Below, in pieces: positions 55,741 to 64,000 of a stretch of 64,000 nucleotides of DNA. Under the pieces are notes generated by a model that saw nothing but the letters and a program-made list of their open reading frames with translations, was not told the DNA's origin and searched no databases. Source of the DNA: Octopus vulgaris (Eukaryota); contig OX597817.1 in assembly GCA_951406725.2 (NCBI GenBank), positions 46,252,001 through 46,316,000 on the forward strand. Reading direction: 5' to 3'. Numbering within the stretch: position 1 is the first letter of the stretch; each line of letters begins with the position of its first letter. A program made the position numbers and the translations under genes.

Positions 55741-57427
55741 CTTTATTTGCAATGTTTAGAAAAGATTTGTTGAAGAATAGTGAAATTGCTTAAAGTCAAA
55801 CATAGCCGCTTATGGGTGCATGTATGTATGTATGTATGTATGTATGTATGTATGTATGTATGTATGTATGTATGTATGTATGTATGTATGTATGTATGTA
55901 TGTATGTATGTATGTATGTATGTGTGTGTGACAGAGAGGGGGGATAAGTGAGGTTATTTATATCCTATAGGTCCTCTGTTTCTCAAAATTATCCTTCGAT
56001 TTTCTCATCTATGTGCAGGTCAAGCCAAGGGGTCTTTTCATTTTTTCGATAACTAGCAGTTACAAATGCATGTAACGCGTTCTTCTTCAAGTTACTAGTA
56101 TTTTAACCAATATAACGGTCGCCATCTAGGGCAACGAATAAAGTGAAACTAGATGGGACCAATTTCTTCACAAGTCATACAGTGAGCTGGATCAAATTCC
56201 GCAAATAAAAATGACTCTAATAGATGCGCCATGATACGAACCTTGAATAGTATTTCGCTATCGATACCAAAAAGATGAAAGGCTATTTTGACCTCATTGG
56301 AGTTTCAATACACAGCACAGAAGATCGGAACAAATCAACTCAGGGAATTCCAATCATGTTAATTTATTCATATAATTAACTAAATATAACATTCGCACAG
56401 AAGAATGTGATCATTTTTAATTACTCGTGAAATTATATTTATTGATCTCTTTCCTCCCTACTCACAAGATGTTCGGTTTACAAGCTTCCGAAACAGGATT
56501 TTGAATCGTTATGTTCTTCCCAAGGATATTTGTGTTTTAAATAGTACAATATTAATTCACTCTGGAATAATAATGGCACCGCTGACGCTTTTCCAAAATT
56601 TACACACAAATCTATAATCATAACTGAATAATGCATAAGGCAGAAATTCTATATCTGAGGTACCCCTGGGAGAAACAGAAAGAGGATTCAAGGAAAGATA
56701 TGGTTAAAAATTGATGGTTATATTGGTGTGGTAGCTGAGTAGCTGGCTTATTCTGAAACAGTGAAATGTTGACACGTTCTACTTTCATAAAATTACTATT
56801 TTGTCATAATTCCATTAATTTATGAAAATAAAAGGTGAATTAGCTTAAGTGACATTCAAAATTTCTTGATAACATAATTAACGTGAAATGAAAAGGTTTC
56901 TTTCAAGAGAAACAGAAATAGTTTTGCAGTTTCTGATAATCAGATATTCTAACTTGCTCTGATGCACCAAATATGTACGGAAATCAAGTTGCATAAAGAT
57001 GATGTAAAAACGTGAATGAATATCCGTCAGTTATGATGATGAAGATGCAGTTAATCTCTCAGCTGAATTACCTGCTCATTTAATTAGCTTATAAGTGGCT
57101 GAGTATTCCGCTGAAACGTGTATCATTAAAGCAGCCTAAAATAGAATCAATATAGTTCCATTTTTGACAAGGTTGTACCGTTGAGTTACAGATAAAGTCC
57201 ATCGGACGGGTTTTCGTGCAGTTTCCGACTAAGCATTTTCACATACAAGACTTTCGTTGACAACGAAACAAAGATAGAAGACATTTTTCTCAAGATAGAA
57301 TAGCACAGAATAGGACTGAAACCGCATCATGTTTATAGCAACAAAAGTATATAGAAAGCTAATTCTGCAATAACGGTTTTGTTTCTGCTTCATGTATGTC
57401 ATATTACATTTAAAAAAAAAAAATTAT

Positions 57428-57706
57428 ACGCCTTTTTCAAGCCTAGTCAGGCTCATGGGCTCGGTTTCCTCGTGTCAGTGTCGTATGTTCCCACCACCCA
57501 CCCGCCAGCTGGACCGGACGCCAGACCATCGCATCGTTACCCGAGAAACAGGAAGAAAAAGTGAGAGAAAGTTAGGGCGAAAGAGTACAACCTGCCGGAG
57601 CCTCTTGGAGCTTTCGGTGTTTTCGCTCAATAAACACACACAACGCCCGATCTGGGAATCGAAGCCGCGAGTCCGCTGCCCTAACCACTGGACGATTGCG
57701 CCTCCA
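57428..57706 (-). mobile_element. tRNA-derived SINE related to family 2
   Basis: Minus head GGAGGCGCAATCGTCCAGTGGTTAGGGCAGCGGACTCGCGG...TTCGATTCCC. Confidence 0.8.
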
Positions 57707-57718
57707 AATTAATAAATA

Positions 57719-57964
57719 AGCCCTTTTAAAGCCTATCCAGGTTAATGGGCCGGGTTCCCCGGTTTCAGTGGCGTTGAAATTTCCTTGCTGGACGGGACGC
57801 CAGTCCATCGCAGCGTTACTCATTTTTGCCAGCTGAGTGGAATGAAGCAAGGTGAAATCAAGTGTTTTGCTCAAGAACACAACGCGTTGCCCGGTCCAGG
57901 AATCGAAACCACAATCTAACGATCATGTTGTTGACTCCCTAACCACTAAGCCACGCACCTCCAC
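57719..57964 (-). mobile_element. tRNA-derived SINE, in tandem with the preceding one
   Basis: Minus head GGAGGTGCGTGGCTTAGTGGTTAGGG...GGTTTCGATTCCTGG; 3' tail shared with 57428-57706 and 2875-3080. Confidence 0.8.
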
Positions 57965-58905
57965 CGTATTACTTTTGCCCTGATTAATTGTATAAACAAT
58001 ATGCTTGCATGATTTTGCCGAGCTTGGCAGACTAGATGACAACAAATCAATGATGGCCAGAATATACTATGGCGTTGCCAAACTTAACCATACAACCAAA
58101 GACAAAAAAACAAACTGCTGTGGCAATAGTTACGGCTCACACTTTATCTGGAAACCTAGTCTCTATTCACTGATATATATTTTTCAAACGTTGCGGTAGT
58201 GTACCTATAGTAGAAACTATATTTTATGCAATGTTACGTTTCACTTTGCGAAATGTAGCAAATATTATAAAGGGCTGGGCTAATATATTTCTATCTAATT
58301 TCATCAATTCAATTAAAAAAAAGCTGAAAAATCGATTGTATATTTCTCTACATCGAAGTGGATAAAACAAGAACCATCAATAATATTTAAGTATAAACAT
58401 CATATCTGTAAAATTACTGCCTATTTTAATTATTTGCTTTGATTCCATATCCGAAACAGTTAACATACGTATCGAAAAATCCACGTAAAATGAATAATTA
58501 CATTTTTGTAAAAAAAAAAATACGTATTTAAACATCGCCTTTATGTTTACATACGTCTACGGAGATCCATTCTTATATTAGATATTCACACAATAGTTAG
58601 ATATAAATATATTTCCAAATCTACTTTTTTTTTTTCTCTTTATCTTTTTCATTGTCATTGATTCAACAATACAGCCTCGCCTTTTTTTAATACATCGGCA
58701 GCATTGTGTAAACATTCCCAACACAATACCAAAATACTTATAAAAAGAATCTGCGCAAAAAAAACAAAATGGACGTCTAAATTCCTTAGAAATTTTTACC
58801 TAAAGAATTTCATTTCTTTCCAGTTCTAAAAATAATTAGTTGCTTAGATACAATCTCTGGCGATATTTTAAGCGGACTAGATACGTGCGTTTGTGCATCT
58901 GGTCA

Positions 58906-58943
<38 letters not shown>

Positions 58944-59262
58944 ATTCTCTCTCCCGCTCTCACTCTCTCGTTTTGTTCACTCTATCGCTTATCTATCTAC
59001 CTTTCTATCTTCTCTCTCTCCTGGAATCTGTTTATCTACCTATTTACGCATCTATTCAGCCATGTATGTGTGTGTGTGTGCGAGAGAGAGATAAAGAAGA
59101 AGAGAGAGTGTGTATAGAGAGAGACGGATAAACAGAGAGAGAGAGCGAGAAAGAGAGCAGAGAGAGAGAGAGAGATAGACTGCTAGATAGATACATACAT
59201 ATACAGACATACACACACAAAAAGTATATATGTCTCTACATATATATATATATATGTGTGTG

Positions 59263-59298
<36 letters not shown>

Positions 59299-59388
59299 AT
59301 ATGTATATATGCATTTATATACACATGTTTGTATGTATATACACGTATGCATCGATCTAGCTGTCTCTCTCTCTTTCTCTCTCGCTCC

Positions 59389-59423
<35 letters not shown>

Positions 59424-59459
59424 GACACGGACACACACACACACATATATATATATATC

Positions 59460-59533
<74 letters not shown>

Positions 59534-60193
59534 AAAGATAGATAACATAGATAAGATAAATAGCGTGTGAGAGATACAAATAGAAAGTGAGACAGATGCG
59601 GGATAGAGACAACCAAAGTGTAAATATATACATATTTCATCTTCTCCAAACTCGTATATATCTCGGAGCTTCTCTCCCTATCTTCCTGTCTTTTCTTTTC
59701 CTCCCCTACTCCATCCCTATTCATATCTAACATTATATCGCCATACAGGTATGCATGCACACAATCACTCGCCATTTCAAAGACGCTTATTCATAAATTC
59801 TAGCGAATAAACACTTCAATGTATGCATCAACATAGGCATCAATTATATTAAATTAGGCAAGCATCCTCAAGGGATGGATGATTATATATATATACATGC
59901 AAATATAACTATATATATATGTGTGTGTGTGTGTGTGTATGTGTGTGTGCCTGTGCGTGTGTGTGCCTGTGTGTCTGTGTATGTATATATATATGTGTGT
60001 GTGTGTGTATGTGTGTGCCTGTGTGTCTGTGTATGTATATATAGGTAGGTGATTGAGTATATATATATATGTACGTAAATGTGTGTATATCTATGTATGT
60101 GTGTATATATATATTTATAGATATATATATGTATGTGTGTATGTATATATGTACATATATATATGTGTGTGTGTTTCGGTATACATATATATG

Positions 60194-60245
<52 letters not shown>

Positions 60246-60460
60246 TGTGTTTATGAGTATATAAATATGTATGAATATGTATGTATACATATACATATAT
60301 ATAGAGAGAGAGGGAGAGAGATACATGGGTATATGTGTATTTATATATGTATATATGTGTGTATGTACGGATGTTTGTATGAAAATGATAGTGAACGGAT
60401 CAACAAAGTAAGGAAGTAAGACGATAAGACAGAAAGAAACGTGGAAACAAGGTAACAGAG

Positions 60461-60491
<31 letters not shown>

Positions 60492-60805
60492 ACGAGAGAG
60501 AGAGAGAAAGAAATAGAGATAGAAAGGATGGAAGAAACCCTATAACGGTAGCTGTAGCTCTCGTATAATATATAGAATCAAACCTTTTGTCTCGTGATGA
60601 GCAGCTTCATATGATAGGTTGCATCGTCGTATCTCTTTCAGGTTCTGAAACGATATCTGTGGCTAGAGGATAGTTTCAAGATATTGTATACAGTACGTAT
60701 AATGTACATTAATAAGGCCAAGAATATAAGAATATTCTTATCAATAAATAAAAGCTGGAACATATGTTTATCAAAAATTTCTAATTGAAAATAATTTTTA
60801 GTTGC

Positions 60806-60857
<52 letters not shown>

Positions 60858-60894
60858 ATGTGTATGAATGTATGTATGTATGTATGTATGTATG

Positions 60895-60956
<62 letters not shown>

Positions 60957-61121
60957 GGTAGCAGAAGTGACTTTATGGTAAGTAGCTTGCTTACCAACCA
61001 CATGGTTCCGAGTTCAGTACCACTGCGTGGCACCTTGGGCAAGTGTCTTCTACTATAGCCTCGGGGCACCAAAGCCTTGTGAGTGGATTTGGTTGACAGA
61101 AACCCAAAGAAGCCCATCGTA
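60957..61121 (+). mobile_element. 5' half of family-1 SINE
   Basis: Colinear with 36403-36567; ends in (TA)n. Confidence 0.8.
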
Positions 61122-61158
61122 TATATGTATGTATGTATATGTATATATTTATATATAC

Positions 61159-61229
<71 letters not shown>

Positions 61230-61232
<3 letters not shown>

Positions 61233-61414
61233 AGAGTTCACAAAAAAAATAACAAAAGACAAAAACAGATGGGCAGGAAACAAACAGATGTAGCAGTGTA
61301 ACGCTCGGGAATTGAAAATGTCTTTAACGTTTCGAGCATAAGCTCTTTTACAGACAGGCACACTGAAGGAAAACAAGAAGAGAAGAAATGTGTGTAATGG
61401 CTAGTGATATACAT
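61230..61414 (-). mobile_element. Penelope-type pseudo-LTR fragment with mutated hammerhead core (61326-61353)
   Basis: Minus strand CTGTAAA-A-GAGC ttat GCTC-GAAA-CG-TT; colinear with 49590-49720. Confidence 0.55.
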
Positions 61415-61425
61415 ACATATATATA

Positions 61426-62938
61426 TAAACTTAGATAAACTTAGATATGTTTCGACCAAAGATTGGTCCAGGCCATGTCTAACTTAATAGCACCACCTGA
61501 TAGGATTATTCGAATCCTGTTTAAGTCAAGTTTTGTTCAAGTCAAGTTTTGTTCAGTGAGTTCTTGTTGGGTGAGTTGTATCCAATTATGGGTGGCTTAT
61601 CTGGTATTCTTTGAAGGAATCTATCCAGACTCTGTTTAAAGTTGATTGGATCCTTTTCCTCTTTGATCTCTCTCGGGACAATGTTAAATAGGGCAGGGCC
61701 TGTTGAGGAAAATAAATTATGTTGCAGTGTACATGTATGTTGTGATCTTGAATTGGTCAGGGGACGTATAGCCCGTGGTCCAAGTCTTGGATGAACCTTG
61801 AAGCTAATGTTTAGGTCGTTTGGGCATAGTTGGCGGTATATTTTCCACATCGTACAAATGATGTACCGCTCACGGCGACGCTGGAGGGAGTAAAGTTTCA
61901 AGGCTTTAAGGCGATCCCAATAATCGAGAGCAGCCATGCCTTCAATTCGTTTAGTGAGTGCCCTCTGGGGTGACTCAATTCTGGAGATGTTTTGTCTTGT
62001 GTGAGGAGACCACAGTGGGCAGCAGTATTCAAGATGTGGCCGTACAAAGGAGGAAAAAAGTGGTATGATGACACCTTGTTCTCTGGACCGGAAAGTTCCT
62101 AAGATCCAGCAACTCATCCTACGAGCTATATCGACCTTCTTGTTGATGTGTGCACTCCAACTGAGATCGTCATCAACAATTACACCCAGGTCTCTGATAT
62201 TGTTAGAGGTTGTGAGCGGTTCCCCTGAAGGAAGAGAGTATGGCTGTTTTAGTGAGGAGTTTCTTCCAAAATGCATCAGCTCGAATTTTCCCTCGTTCAG
62301 TTGCATTTTGTTTCTGTCTGCCCATTGACTCACATCATATAGATCAGACTGGAGTTGAGTTCGGTCTGCTTCTTCATTGACGATTTGCTGGAGCTTGGTG
62401 TCATCAGCAAATATTTTCACTTTGCAGTAATGTACGACACTGGAAAGGTTGTTTATGTAGATTATGAAGAGTAGCGGACCCAAGACAGTCCCCTGGGGGA
62501 CACCGCTGGTGACTTTTGCTGGGCTTGAGTGGACTCCATCAACTACAACATGTTGTGTTCTATTCGCCAGGAAATACTTGATCCAGTGTAGAACTTTTCC
62601 ACGGATTCCAACATTTGCCAATTTTGAGAGTAGGATATTATGGTCTACCCTGTTGAACGCTTTACTGAAGTCAAGATATATGACATCAGAGTTCGAACCT
62701 GTTCCCAAGGCTTTGAGTACATCTTCAATGTGGTGTAAGATCTGTGTTAGACAGTCCCTGTCACAGCGAAAGCCATGCTGATTTGCATTTAGGAGTTTCT
62801 GGGTCTCCAGGAAGTCAGCCAACCTTGATGTTAACACTCTTTCAAACACTTTGATGATGTGGGAGGTGAGTGAGATTGGGCGATAGTTGAGTGCGAGGGA
62901 TCTGTTTCCCTGTTTGAAAACCGGGATGACTGACTGGG

Positions 62939-62940
<2 letters not shown>
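61426..62940 (-). mobile_element. 5'-truncated CR1-group LINE with intact 3' end
   Basis: RT ORF plus a 3' UTR stem-loop GACC aatcttt GGTC-GAAAC and terminal tandem (ATCTAAGTTT)x2. Sits in (TA)n. Confidence 0.88.
61542..62940 (-). CDS. Non-LTR retrotransposon reverse transcriptase (CR1-like ORF2 C-terminal part, 5'-truncated, open frame)
   Basis: VIPVFKQG..NYRPISLTS upstream and in frame with the 435 aa ORF. Motifs QHGFR, YLDFSKAF, GVPQGTVLGPLLF, FADD, DLGV, RPHLEY and LYSLQRRRERY. Confidence 0.9.
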
Positions 62941-63004
<64 letters not shown>

Positions 63005-63135
63005 ATCACTAGCCATTACAGGCACACTGAAGGAAAACAAGAAGAGAAGAAATGTGTGTAATGGCTAGTGATATACATATATATATACATATATATATAT
63101 ATGTATGTATACGTGTATATATATATATATATATG

Positions 63136-63354
63136 ATAATACCTCGACTATCATGGGTGTTACGTTCCAAAACCGCCCGCAATAGGTAAAAATATCCGAA
63201 GTAGAAACTGTAGCGTACTGTATTTTCTCTTTATCGTCTTTATAATTTGTGTATATTTATTTTATTATAAATGCACAACAACACCATGGAGGAATTATTG
63301 TAAGCTCAAATAAGAAACCGCAACAGGTGAACCGCGATATGGCGAGTGATTACT
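63136..63354. mobile_element. Tigger/pogo-like MITE relic
   Basis: Imperfect TIRs ATAATACCTCGACTATC / GATATGGCGAGTGATTACT with CCGC(A/G)ATAGGT subterminal repeats. Confidence 0.5.
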
Positions 63355-63608
63355 CTTTTTGCGCGTGCGTATGTGTTTAAGACAGAAAGGGGGGGTGGGA
63401 GAGAGAGAATAAGAGTGACATGTGGCTTTTCTGCGAGTTTGCTTGCCCGCGTTTAGCATTTTTCATAATTTTTGGCATATTTTTAAAAATCCAAAATTTT
63501 TTAAATAATTTTTACGTTATTGGCAAGAAAAACCTTATAATCCCATTCTTAATAACAGTTTGAAATGATGTCACAGGTCTAGCAGTTACTGTGAGGCGGG
63601 GAATTCCA

Positions 63609-63781
63609 CTACATCGACCTCTGTACTTACGTGGCTGTCACTTATTTTATAGACATCAAAAAAAAAAAAAAGAAAAAAAGGCAAAGTCGACCTTAGCGGA
63701 ATTTGAACTCAAAACGTAAAGACGGACAAAATCACGCAAAGCAATTTGCCCATCGTGCTAACGATTCTCTCAGCCCGCCTC
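63609..63781 (-). mobile_element. tRNA-derived SINE family 3 (other pieces at ~13404-13514, 38620-38720, 39865-39970, 47998-48150)
   Basis: Minus head GGCGGGCTGAGAGAATCGTTAGCAC...GAGTTCAAATTCCGC..GGTCGACTTTGCCTTT. Confidence 0.7.
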
Positions 63782-64000
63782 TGTTGCATTTCGTAATAAT
63801 GCCGTGTATTATGTGGCTTGTGGAAATATACTCAAAAGAAAGTGATATACAAATTGTAAACAATTTATGAACGAGATAACATAAGACGTGATATAACAAT
63901 GCGTGCATTAATTAATAGCAGAGAATACCAGATTAATTAATATTAAAGCATGAGTCAATATAATAACCTGATAGGAAGTTAATTAATGGATGCACACGCG

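Noticed and set aside
62065-62781. Plus-strand ORFs 62065-62328 and 62464-62781
   Set aside because: They are antisense shadows of the LINE RT ORF.

Overview
AT-rich, microsatellite-saturated eukaryotic non-genic DNA. The tRNA-derived SINE families resemble those of Octopus/coleoid cephalopods (inference). No host exon could be supported; almost all listed ORFs are microsatellite artefacts. The window is a transposon graveyard: tRNA-SINEs, three non-autonomous Helitrons, Tc1/mariner relics, stacked R4/Dong-like LINE fragments in (TAA)n, Penelope-like relics and a 5'-truncated CR1-group LINE with an open RT ORF (61542-62940, minus). The standout is a 4.8 kb array (29396-34222) of a ~492 bp monomer in two opposed arms, inverted at ~31264. 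It contains nine complete, core-identical type I hammerhead ribozyme motifs with an unusually long, GU-rich helix II, in a monomer that folds extensively. This is a candidate non-LTR retrozyme or ribozyme satellite, predicted to self-process into ~492 nt (possibly circular) RNAs. About a dozen further minimal or degenerate hammerhead motifs of Penelope pseudo-LTR type are scattered through the window, often as inverted pairs. All structures were derived by eye; none were computed.
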